Source of the DNA: Armatimonadota bacterium
GTDB taxonomy: Bacteria > Armatimonadota > UBA10988
DNA length: 39,675 bases
Assembly (NCBI GenBank): GCA_016235455.1
Contig: JACRKZ010000110.1
Location: 1-39,675 of the forward strand
Direction of reading: 5' to 3'
The first letter of the stretch is position 1, and the number at the start of each line of letters is the position of its first letter. Shown here piece after piece: positions 17,476 through 26,343 of this stretch. The notes beneath the pieces were generated by a model that ran no database searches, had not been told where the DNA came from, and was given only the letters and a program-made list of their open reading frames with translations. Made by a program: the position numbers and the translations under genes.

Positions 17476-18606
17476 ATGATCCGAAGCGTCGTCTACCTGG
17501 TCATCGCGCTGGCCTGCGTTGGCCTCGCCAACGCCCAGGATGCGCGCCTGGCCGCCGATCTGCGACAGCATAACACGGGGTTGCTCCGCTCACATCACCA
17601 GGACCGCGCGCTCGTCGCGCGCGACGAGCCGGCTGTCGGCGGGCTCGCGCGGGCCAACGACCTGCTCTCGGTCTGCCAGCAGACGCAGGTCACGTCGCTG
17701 TTCGTGTCCGTCCGATCGATCACGGGTGGCGCTCGCGATGCCGCGACCGAGTACCGTTGGCGCTCGCTGCTGGCTCAGGCCCATCGCCTGGGCATGCGCG
17801 TCTTCGCCATCTGTGGCGATTCTGGCACGGTGACCGACTACGGTGTGCTCTACGACGCTGTCGACAAGCTGATGAGGTTCGGAGCCATCGGGCTGCCGGG
17901 CGAGCAGTTTGACGGCATGTTGCTCGATCTGCCCATCCTGTCGACGTTGACCGGGATGGCACCGCCGGTCCCGGTCGCCCCGGTTCCGGCGACGATCGGC
18001 GAGGCCGCACCGGACCAGCCGGCCGAGGTGGTGGACCCGCGAGCCGGAACCGGCACGTCGTTGGCGGTCCCGGGCAATCTGACGCAGGTCAGCGAACTGG
18101 TCCGCAACCTGACGCTGGTGGATCGGGTCCGCGGCTATCTGACCGAGCGCTACCCCAACACCCCCTTTGACCTGGGAGCGTCCATCCCCTGCTGGCTCGA
18201 GACGTCCGTCTCCTTCCAGGGCGCCACCAAGGCGGCCAGCAGCCAGTTCGTGGACCTGTGCGACTTCCTTGTCGCCCACAATCTGCCCTACAACACCACC
18301 GATGTGGCCCAGGGCGCCAGCCAGTTGCTCGCCTACGCGGGGAGCCTGCGCCGGCCCGTGCTGCTGCGCATCGAGCTGCGACCGATGGTGTATGATCTGC
18401 CCGACCTCATGACACTGTTCGCCATGTTGGACGAGGTGGGCGGCCGGCCGGGGATGGGCGGCTTCCTCCTTGACGATTGGGTGCACTGGCAGGCCATGCC
18501 GGCGGCGCGGCCGCCTGGACGGCCGACGCGGCCGACCGAGCCGGTGCGGGTCGACCTGCCCCGCGCACGCAGCAAGGCCGACGCCAACGTGCCCGCGCCC
18601 CGATAG
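17476..18606 (+). CDS. Secreted hypothetical protein, possibly glycoside hydrolase-like TIM barrel
   Basis: Signal peptide MIRSVVYLVIALACVGLANA-QD; AHRLGMRVFA, FDGMLLD segments; TG-C-TAGACT extended -10 at 17442-17450. Confidence 0.55.
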   Translation: MIRSVVYLVIALACVGLANAQDARLAADLRQHNTGLLRSHHQDRALVARDEPAVGGLARANDLLSVCQQTQVTSLFVSVRSITGGARDAATEYRWRSLLAQAHRLGMRVFAICGDSGTVTDYGVLYDAVDKLMRFGAIGLPGEQFDGMLLDLPILSTLTGMAPPVPVAPVPATIGEAAPDQPAEVVDPRAGTGTSLAVPGNLTQVSELVRNLTLVDRVRGYLTERYPNTPFDLGASIPCWLETSVSFQGATKAASSQFVDLCDFLVAHNLPYNTTDVAQGASQLLAYAGSLRRPVLLRIELRPMVYDLPDLMTLFAMLDEVGGRPGMGGFLLDDWVHWQAMPAARPPGRPTRPTEPVRVDLPRARSKADANVPAPR

Positions 18607-18621
18607 GCGGAACGCAGACTC

Positions 18622-21612
18622 ATGACCTTGTTCGCCCTGGCTCTGATGGCAACGCTGTATGGCGCCGAGCCGGGCTTGCCGGTGCCCGCGCTGGGCACCG
18701 CCGATCCGATCCGGGCCGGGTCCTACTACATGCAGTTGGGCAATGCCTACGCCTCCTGGGAGCAGTGGGACGCCGCGTTCAACTGCTACCGTGCCAGCGT
18801 CCGCTATGACCAGCGCAACAGCCGGGCGCAAGTGCGCATGGCGCGTGCCCTGTTCCGCCTCGGCCGGCCGGCCGAAGCCACCGAGGCCGCGCGCATCGGC
18901 CTCAAGGCCATGCCCTACGATGCGGAGGCATTGCGGGTCTTCGCCGGCGTCAGCCTCGGCACAGGCGATGTGGATCTGGCCGAGCAGTCGCTGCGCTCTC
19001 TGATCCGCACCAACGCGCAGGATGTCGACGCGCTGCGCCTGCTCGGCGCGCTGCTGCGGCAGAAGGGGCAACTGCCCGAAGCAGACTCCATGCTGCGTGC
19101 CGCGGTCAGCATCAAGCCGCAGGACGTGGACGCCTGGTTCGAACTGGCGCGCTGTGCCAACGACAGCGGCGCGCCGCAGCAGGCGGTGACTTTCCTGCGT
19201 CAGGTGGTCGATGTGCAGCCCGGCAACGTGCAGGCGCTGTCGGCGCTGATCGGCCTGCTGCTCAAGCAGGACCGCAAGCTGGAAGCGCTGACCGTGGCCA
19301 CCACGGCCCTGGCGCGCGAGCCCAACAACCCCGACCTGCTGCTCGGCGCCGGGCGCTTGCTGGCCGAGTCGCAGCGCTACGACGAAGCCGCCTCGCTCTT
19401 CCGGCGCGCCTACTGGCTGGGCATTCCCGAGGTCACGCTACAGGCCGTCGCCTTCCTTGGCGACTACAGCATGGCCCGCGGCCGTTGGGCCGATGCCGCC
19501 ATGTATGCGCGGCGCGGCCTGTCCATCAAGCCCAACCTGCTACCTGTGCGCATGATGCTGGTCAGTGCGCTGGTGGCTCAGAGCGACTTCGGCGGCGCCG
19601 CCGATGCCATCGCCCCGGTGGTCACCGCCCAGCGCAACAACCCCGGGCTGTGGATCCAGTGGATCGAGTTCCTCACGCGCTCGCGCCGCTTCGACACCGC
19701 CGAGCGCGCGCTGACCGGCCTCATCGACCAGTTCCGCGGGCATCCTGGCATCTCGGGTGCGGCCATCACGCTGCTGGTCGGCGCGGGCCGCGCCCCGCAG
19801 TGCGCCCGCGTGCTCAGTGGCGCCACGCGCCGCTGGGCCAGCCAGCCAGAGCTGGGCTACCTGTATTACTCTTGTCTGCGTCACACCGGGCGCCAGGGCG
19901 AAGCGCTCGACTACCTGGGCTACCTGCGTCAGCGCTTCCCAGACCAGCCCATGCCGCGTCGTGAACTGGGCATGCACCGCTTCGAGCGGGCCGACTATAC
20001 CGGCGCCATCGAGATGCTCCGCCCGCTGTTCGAGGTGGGGCACATCGATCCGCAGGCGCGAGTCGCCTTGGGTTGGTCGTTGCAGTTCCGGCAGCAGTAC
20101 GGCCCGGCCGCACGCGTCTTCCAGACCCTGGTTGGGCCCAAGGACCAGCGGGCCCTGTTCGACGTGGCCCGCCAGCTCACGCTGCTCGGCGATCAGGCCA
20201 CGGCCGCGAGGATCTATGACCGGCTGCTGACCAGCGGCCAAGGGGGCTACGCGGCGTTGCTGGGCAAGGCCCGAGCTCTGGCCAACAGCGGCCAGATGCC
20301 CGAGGCGCTGGCCCTGTTCGACAAGGCCTTGGCCAAGAGCCCAAGCGACCTGCTGGCGCACCGGGGCAAGGTCATGGCGCTGACGCTGCTGGGCCGGCCG
20401 GTCGAAGCTCGTGCCGCGGCCAGCGCCTGCATCAAGGCGTTGCCGACGGAGTCCATGGGCTACCTGCTGGCCGGCGAACTCGACGGGCGCACCGGTGACT
20501 GGACCAAGGCGGTCGACACCTACCTGACCGGCGTCACGGCCGTACCACGCAGCGTGCTGCTGCGCGAGCGGCTGGGCGATGCCTACCTGCAGCCGGGCGC
20601 CGACAAGGAGTTGGCCAGCCGCCAGTACGAGGTCGCCGCGCAGATCGACCCGCGCAATTGGTATGCGCGCTGGCGGCTGGCCGATGCGGCCGAAGGCCGC
20701 GGCCAGTACGCCGAGGCCGCGCACTTCTGGCAGCAGGTGATGGCGACCTCGCCTGACGCCGGCTGGCCGTACCGTCGCTGGCTGAGCGCCCTGGCCGAGT
20801 CCGAGAGCCCCACCATGGGCCTGCGCGCCGGCGCGCAGTACCTGGCCGCCGCGCCGGAGTCGCGCGCCGCCGCCGAGCCCCTGGTCGACTTCGCTGCCCG
20901 TCACGGCCTGCTCGACCAGCTGGAGACCGAGTTGACGCCAGTCCTGGCCGGCGCGCCGTCCCCATCGGTACGCGACGCCTACGGCTTGGCGTTGCTGCGC
21001 CGTGGCGACGGCGCCGCGGCCACCGACTACTACCAGAAGCTCGGCTACCGCGACAAGCTCAATGCGCTCTGGCCGCGGCGCCAGGGGCAGGCCTGGGAGC
21101 TGCGCGGCAACCTGAGCAAGGCGCTCGAGTGCTATCGCACGGCCAACTCGCTGCGCCACGCCGACCTGGACACGCTGGCCCTCATGGCTGGCATCGAGGC
21201 GGCCACGGGCAAGGCCACCGACGCCATCGAGCGGCTGACCCAGACACTGCGCGCGGATTGGAGCAACTTCCCCGCGCTCGAGCGCCTGCTGCGCACTTAC
21301 GCCGAACAGGGCCTGCTGCCGCGCGTGCTGCCGGCTTTCACCGCGCTGGTGGATGGCGACATGGCCCACCAGAAGAAGCCGCTGTTGCCCGCCGCGGCCA
21401 GCCCCACCGTCATCGCCGCATTGGGCCTGGCCCACGAGCTCAACGGCGAGCGGTTCGAGGCGCTCCTGCGCTACCGCACCGCGCTGGACCGCGACCCGAA
21501 CCTACGCTGGGCACGGGCCGGCCTGGGCCGCGTGGGCCGGCGGCCGTTCCGCATGCCGCCACCCGGCATGGTCCGCCTCGACCCCCAATCCGACGCGGCC
21601 GCCCCGAGGTAG
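18622..21612 (+). CDS. Large tetratricopeptide repeat protein with signal peptide
   Basis: Many TPR-like helical repeats (A...Y..A....P.N..A...LG). Confidence 0.85.
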   Translation: MTLFALALMATLYGAEPGLPVPALGTADPIRAGSYYMQLGNAYASWEQWDAAFNCYRASVRYDQRNSRAQVRMARALFRLGRPAEATEAARIGLKAMPYDAEALRVFAGVSLGTGDVDLAEQSLRSLIRTNAQDVDALRLLGALLRQKGQLPEADSMLRAAVSIKPQDVDAWFELARCANDSGAPQQAVTFLRQVVDVQPGNVQALSALIGLLLKQDRKLEALTVATTALAREPNNPDLLLGAGRLLAESQRYDEAASLFRRAYWLGIPEVTLQAVAFLGDYSMARGRWADAAMYARRGLSIKPNLLPVRMMLVSALVAQSDFGGAADAIAPVVTAQRNNPGLWIQWIEFLTRSRRFDTAERALTGLIDQFRGHPGISGAAITLLVGAGRAPQCARVLSGATRRWASQPELGYLYYSCLRHTGRQGEALDYLGYLRQRFPDQPMPRRELGMHRFERADYTGAIEMLRPLFEVGHIDPQARVALGWSLQFRQQYGPAARVFQTLVGPKDQRALFDVARQLTLLGDQATAARIYDRLLTSGQGGYAALLGKARALANSGQMPEALALFDKALAKSPSDLLAHRGKVMALTLLGRPVEARAAASACIKALPTESMGYLLAGELDGRTGDWTKAVDTYLTGVTAVPRSVLLRERLGDAYLQPGADKELASRQYEVAAQIDPRNWYARWRLADAAEGRGQYAEAAHFWQQVMATSPDAGWPYRRWLSALAESESPTMGLRAGAQYLAAAPESRAAAEPLVDFAARHGLLDQLETELTPVLAGAPSPSVRDAYGLALLRRGDGAAATDYYQKLGYRDKLNALWPRRQGQAWELRGNLSKALECYRTANSLRHADLDTLALMAGIEAATGKATDAIERLTQTLRADWSNFPALERLLRTYAEQGLLPRVLPAFTALVDGDMAHQKKPLLPAAASPTVIAALGLAHELNGERFEALLRYRTALDRDPNLRWARAGLGRVGRRPFRMPPPGMVRLDPQSDAAAPR

Positions 21613-21653
21613 GGCGACCGCTCCGGCTCCTAACCTTGCTCCGCGGGCAGTAG

Positions 21654-22670
21654 CTAGATCCCGATCACCACGCGCTCGCGGCGTCGCGCGCTCTCGGTGG
21701 CGCCAAAGACCATGGCCAGCGACTTGATGTTGTCGTGGCATTCGGTCTGCGGCACCGCGCCAGTGCGCAGGAAGGTCAGCATCTCGTACAGCCCGCCGTG
21801 CATGCCGCCGCGCGCCACGCTGCTGTCGTCCACGTCGATGTCGGCCAGCGGGCGGTGGAAGCCGGGGTTGGCCATGTCGGCCACGCGCTGACCCACCGGG
21901 TCCTGGTCGTGGTCATAGAGTAGCGTGCCGGCGTCACCCACGATGCGCCAGTCGCCGTTCCAGCTGGTGTGGCAGCCCTCGGCGCACCAGCTGCCGCGAT
22001 AGGTGAAGACGACGCCGTTGCTCATCTCGAAGATGCAACTGGCGGCCACATCGCCGCGGTACCAGCTGCCCTTGGGGTTGAACTCGAGGGCATAGACCGC
22101 GACCGGGTCCGCGCCCGTCATGAAGCGGCACAGGTCGAAGTGGTGGATGGCCATGTCGAGGACCAACGGGCTGTCCATCTCGTCGCGGAAGCCGCCGAAG
22201 TGGCAGCCCAGGAAGAAGTCACAGCAGATGGTGGTCACCTCGCCGATCTGGCCCGACGCCACCGTCCGGCGTACGCGTTCGTGCTTGCTGTCCCAGCGGC
22301 GCGATTGGCTCACCATGTAGAGCTTGCCGCTCTCCTCGCTGGCCGCCACCATGGTGCGTGCCTCGTCCATGCTCGCAGCCATGGGCTTCTCGCCAACCAC
22401 ATGGCAGCCGGCGCGCAGGGCCGTCGTGGTGACGCGGCAGTGCGCCTCGGGGACGGTCAGGTCGACGACGAAGTCGGGCTGGTGCTTGGCCAGCGCGCCC
22501 TCCAGGTCGCTCATGGCTTCGGCCGACAGCTCGTACTTGTCGATCTGGGCCTGAGCCGACTCAACGCGCAAATCGACCACCGCCGCGACATCGACACCCT
22601 CGGTCTTGAGCGGACCGAACCAGGCATTTGAGATGCCGCCCGCACCGACCACCACACAGCGCTCCGCCAT
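21654..22670 (-). CDS. Gfo/Idh/MocA family oxidoreductase
   Basis: VVGAGGIS, GEKPMA, LDMAIHHFD. Confidence 0.92.
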   Translation of the reverse strand: MAERCVVVGAGGISNAWFGPLKTEGVDVAAVVDLRVESAQAQIDKYELSAEAMSDLEGALAKHQPDFVVDLTVPEAHCRVTTTALRAGCHVVGEKPMAASMDEARTMVAASEESGKLYMVSQSRRWDSKHERVRRTVASGQIGEVTTICCDFFLGCHFGGFRDEMDSPLVLDMAIHHFDLCRFMTGADPVAVYALEFNPKGSWYRGDVAASCIFEMSNGVVFTYRGSWCAEGCHTSWNGDWRIVGDAGTLLYDHDQDPVGQRVADMANPGFHRPLADIDVDDSSVARGGMHGGLYEMLTFLRTGAVPQTECHDNIKSLAMVFGATESARRRERVVIGI

Positions 22671-22690
22671 CGTTCAATCTCCCAAAGCAG

Positions 22691-22716
22691 ACGGCCAGCC
22701 CGCGGGGGCTGGCCGT
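22691..22716 (-). terminator. Hairpin after pgk
   Basis: ACGGCCAGCCC-GCGG-GGGCTGGCCGT 11-bp perfect stem; weak U tail. Confidence 0.5.
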
Positions 22717-22727
22717 TCGCGACGTGC

Positions 22728-23927
22728 TCAGACTATGGCTTCGATACCGGGCAGCAGATGGCCCTCGAGGAACTCGAGGCTGGCGCCGCCGCCGGTGCAG
22801 TTATGGTACATGCGGTCGGCCACGCCGGCCTTCTTGACCGCTGCGCCGCTATCGCCACCACCCACGACGACCTTGGCACCACAGTCGGCCAAGGCTCGCG
22901 CGACGGCATTGGTGCCCTGGGCGAACGCGTCGAACTCAAACACGCCCATGGGCCCGTTCCAGAACACCATCTTGGCGCCCTGCAAGGCCGCGGCGTAGAG
23001 CCGGCGCGTCTCTGGCCCGATGTCCATGCCCTCCTGGTCGGCGGGGATCTGGTCGATGGCGACCACGGTCGTCGGCGAATCGGCCTTGAACTCCGGTGCT
23101 ACCACGATGTCGACGGGCAGCAGGAGCTTGACGCCCTTCTCGGCGGCCGTCTTCTCGATCTCTTTGACGGCATCGAGGCTGTCGGCGTCGAGCAGCGACA
23201 GGCCGATCTCCAGGCCTCGCGCCTTGAAGAAGGTGTAGGCCATGCCGCCGCCGATGATCAGCGTGTCGGCCAGGTTCATCATGCTCTGCACGACGCCCAG
23301 CTTGTCGGCCACCTTGGCGCCGCCGAGGATGACCACCAACGGGCGCTCGGGCTGATCGCGCAGCTCGGTGAGCACCTTCAGCTCGCGCTCCACCAGGTCG
23401 CCCAGCACGGCCGGCTTGAGGAACTCAACCACGCCCGTGGTCGAGCCGTGCGCGCGGTGCACCGCGCCGAAGGCATCCTGCACAAAGGCGTCGCAGCCCT
23501 TGGCCAGTTCCTTGGCGAACGCCCGGCGTTCCTCGGCGTCCTTGCTCTCTTCGCCACGGTGGAAGCGCGTATTCTCCAGCAGCAGCACCGAGCCGGGCTC
23601 CAAGGCCGCCTTGGCGGCTTCCGCCTCGGGCCCGATGCAGTTGGCGGCGAACGCCACCGGCTGACCCAGCAACTCGGCCAGCACATCGGCGGCCGGCTTG
23701 AGCGAGAGCTTGCCCCACTCACTCGGGTCTTTCTTCTGCGGGCGGCCCATGTGCGCGCACAGCACCAGTTTGGCGCCGGCGGCGATGAGCTTGCGCAGAG
23801 TCGGCAGGGTCTGGCGGATGCGCGAGTCGTCAGTCACCGTCGTGCCGGCCATCGGCACGTTGTAGTCGACCCGCACAAGTACGGTCTTGCCAGCGATCTG
23901 GCCCAGGTCAGCCACGGTCGGTTTCAT
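22728..23927 (-). CDS. pgk: Phosphoglycerate kinase
   Basis: RVDYNVP, LLENTRFH, DAFGAVHRAH, GGAKVADK, WNGPMGVFE, GGGDS, TGGGASLEFLEG. Confidence 0.98.
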   Translation of the reverse strand: MKPTVADLGQIAGKTVLVRVDYNVPMAGTTVTDDSRIRQTLPTLRKLIAAGAKLVLCAHMGRPQKKDPSEWGKLSLKPAADVLAELLGQPVAFAANCIGPEAEAAKAALEPGSVLLLENTRFHRGEESKDAEERRAFAKELAKGCDAFVQDAFGAVHRAHGSTTGVVEFLKPAVLGDLVERELKVLTELRDQPERPLVVILGGAKVADKLGVVQSMMNLADTLIIGGGMAYTFFKARGLEIGLSLLDADSLDAVKEIEKTAAEKGVKLLLPVDIVVAPEFKADSPTTVVAIDQIPADQEGMDIGPETRRLYAAALQGAKMVFWNGPMGVFEFDAFAQGTNAVARALADCGAKVVVGGGDSGAAVKKAGVADRMYHNCTGGGASLEFLEGHLLPGIEAIV

Positions 23928-23951
23928 GGTCGTTGCCCTTCCTCTTAGGCG

Positions 23952-23986
23952 AAGGCCGCGAACACGATGGTCGTGTCCGCGGCCTT
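23952..23986 (-). terminator. Hairpin between the PPIase gene and pgk
   Basis: Minus strand AAGGCCGCGGACACGA-CCA-TCGTGTTCGCGGCCTT. Confidence 0.5.
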
Positions 23987-24018
23987 GTTACGTCACATTG
24001 TCTGGCTCCAGCCGTCTG

Positions 24019-26244
24019 CTACGGCGCAGCAGGCGCTGCCTGCGGCGGCGGCGGCGTGGCCGGCGCCTGCGGGTTACCCGGCGTGAGCGACGGCAGCGCG
24101 CTGCCCCGCTTGCGTTCGGGCACCTTGGCGCCGATCTTGGTCAACGCGGCCTCGGCCGCCTTGGCCACCGTGTCGTCGCTGTCCGTCTGCACAATCTCGC
24201 TCAGCCGCTTGACCGCGGCCTGGGACTTCATGTCGCCCAGCGTGTTGCACAGCGCGGTGCGAATGGCCGGCAGGAAGGAGTCCAGCGCCTCGATCAGGCC
24301 CGGCGCCGCCTCGGTGTCCTTGGCGAGCGCCTTGATGGCCTCCTGCTGGTCACCCTCGGCATCGGGACCCATGGCGCCCATCATGGCCGCCTGCTCGAAC
24401 TTGCGCGCCAACTCGAAGCGGGCGTCGGGGCGCATCGTCGGCCACGACTGCACGGCATCCTGCAGGCCGGCCATCTCCTGGTCGGGCTTGCTGTCCTGCG
24501 CGGCGAAGTAGGCCTTCACCTGCGGGTCGTTGATGACCACCAGGCCGCCGGACTGCGCCTTGGCGCGCGCTTCCTTGACCACCTTCTCATAGTGCTCGGA
24601 CTGCTTGCGGTCGAGGACCTGCTTCTTCATGTCCTCGATCTTCTGGGTTGAGTCCTCGGCCTTGATGAGGATGTGGCGGACCTTGACGCGCTTGGCCTTG
24701 GGGGCCTCGGTCTTGGGCAACGGCAGCTTCTTCAGCGCCTCGGCTTCGGCGACGGCCTTCTTGTCCTCGGGGTCCGGCTTGGGATCCTCGGGCTCATCCA
24801 GCTTCTCGCCTGCCTTGGGCAGTTCGCGGTCGGTCACCTGCACGATGTGCACGCCGAACTGCGAGCGGAAGGGCGCGGAGATCTCGTCCTTGGCCAGGGC
24901 GAACGCCATCTTCTCAAACGGCTTGACCATCATGCCACGCGACACCCAGTCCAGGTCGCCGCCCTTGACCTTGCTGCCGGGGTCGTCGGACTTCTCCTTG
25001 GCCAAGGCGGCAAAGTCGCCGCCCGCCTTGAGCTTGGTGACCAGGTCAGCGGCGATCTTCTCGGCGTCCTCGAAGCTGCGCGGGTCGACCTTGGCGAAGT
25101 CTTTGGGGAAGCTCTTGACTTGCTCGCACTTGAAGATGACCCAGCCCTCGTCGCCTTCGATCAGCGGGCTGATCTCGCCGACCTTGGTCTCGAACGCCTT
25201 CTTCTTGAAGTCGTCACCGAACCGCGCGGACTCGCGCTTGGTGGGGGCCATCTCGCCGCCCTTGTCCTTGGAGGGGTCCTCGGACTTGGCCTTGGCGATC
25301 TCGGCGAACTTGGCGGGCTCGGCCTTCAGCTGGGCCAGCACCTTCTCGGCATCGGCCTTCTTCTTGTCCAGTTCGGTGCGCCACTTCTTCTCGTTCTCGG
25401 CGCGCTGCTTCTTCATGTCCTCGGACTCGGTCTGACCTTCGCCCAACGGCGACGGCTTGACCGCGCTCGTGCGCATCAGGATGATGCGGCCACCGACCTC
25501 GTCCAACGCCTCGGCGTAGTCCTTGTCGGTCAGCTTGACTTCGCCCTGGACGGACTTGCGCAGCTTCTCGAGCACCAACTGGTCGCGGATCGCGTCCTCG
25601 TTCTTCTTGAGCTTGGCGGTGATCTCTTCCTGCTTCTTCGCCAGGCCGCCTTGCTCTTTCTGCATCTTGTAGCGCCACTGCTTGTCGGACATGCCGCCGC
25701 GCTCGGACTTCATCGCCTCGTCGACCTTCTTCTTGATGTCGGCGGCGATGTCGGCGCCGGAGACGCTGACGCCCTTGGCCTTGGCGAGGCGGAGCTCGAC
25801 CTGCTGGCGGATCCAGGAGTCGGCGATGGAGCCCTGCTGGCCGTGGCGCATGGTCAACATGCGATCCTCGAGCAGGCCCATCTGCTGCTGCATCTCCTGC
25901 CACTTGGCCTGGGTCAGCTTGGCCTTGCCCACCTGGATGACCGGGTCGACGCTGCGCTTGACTTCCTGGCCCTGGGAGTCGGTCTCCGGCGGGTTGCCAA
26001 AGCTCCAGATGCCACCGATCAGGAAGATCGCGACGAACACCCACAGGCCGGCGCGCAGCACGTGGCTGAGTTGCTCGCGCATGCCGCCGATGGTGGGCAT
26101 CTTGCTCAGATTGCGGAGTCGCTCGCGCGTCGTGACGCGGCGCTTGGGTTTCGGCGCGGGCTTGACCGCCTCGACCGTCTGGCGATACGAAGGTGGCGCA
26201 GTACGGTTGGGCTGCGGCTGCTCGTGCTCTGGACGCTTGGACAT
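24019..26244 (-). CDS. SurA/PrsA/PpiD-like parvulin peptidyl-prolyl isomerase with TM anchor and C-terminal HEAT repeats
   Basis: FAALAKEKSDDPGSKVKGGDL...MVKPFE..AF...EISAPFRSQFGVHIV; second degenerate parvulin domain; start ATG 26244 after GGGGAG. Confidence 0.88.
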   Translation of the reverse strand: MSKRPEHEQPQPNRTAPPSYRQTVEAVKPAPKPKRRVTTRERLRNLSKMPTIGGMREQLSHVLRAGLWVFVAIFLIGGIWSFGNPPETDSQGQEVKRSVDPVIQVGKAKLTQAKWQEMQQQMGLLEDRMLTMRHGQQGSIADSWIRQQVELRLAKAKGVSVSGADIAADIKKKVDEAMKSERGGMSDKQWRYKMQKEQGGLAKKQEEITAKLKKNEDAIRDQLVLEKLRKSVQGEVKLTDKDYAEALDEVGGRIILMRTSAVKPSPLGEGQTESEDMKKQRAENEKKWRTELDKKKADAEKVLAQLKAEPAKFAEIAKAKSEDPSKDKGGEMAPTKRESARFGDDFKKKAFETKVGEISPLIEGDEGWVIFKCEQVKSFPKDFAKVDPRSFEDAEKIAADLVTKLKAGGDFAALAKEKSDDPGSKVKGGDLDWVSRGMMVKPFEKMAFALAKDEISAPFRSQFGVHIVQVTDRELPKAGEKLDEPEDPKPDPEDKKAVAEAEALKKLPLPKTEAPKAKRVKVRHILIKAEDSTQKIEDMKKQVLDRKQSEHYEKVVKEARAKAQSGGLVVINDPQVKAYFAAQDSKPDQEMAGLQDAVQSWPTMRPDARFELARKFEQAAMMGAMGPDAEGDQQEAIKALAKDTEAAPGLIEALDSFLPAIRTALCNTLGDMKSQAAVKRLSEIVQTDSDDTVAKAAEAALTKIGAKVPERKRGSALPSLTPGNPQAPATPPPPQAAPAAP

Positions 26245-26277
26245 GCTAGGACAACTCCCCAACAGAACAACCTGGGG

Positions 26278-26337
26278 ATGATAGCACGACTCCCGCGCAG
26301 GCTCAACCTTGCCGCCAAACGGGTCGGGTCGTATGCT
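26278..26337. promoter_or_regulatory. Back-to-back sigma70-type promoters for the PPIase gene (minus) and metH (plus)
   Basis: Minus: TTGAGC(26306-26301)-17 bp-TATCAT with TG extension. Plus: TTGCCG(26309-26314)-17 bp-TATGCT(26332-26337). Confidence 0.65.
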
Positions 26338-26343
26338 GAGGCC

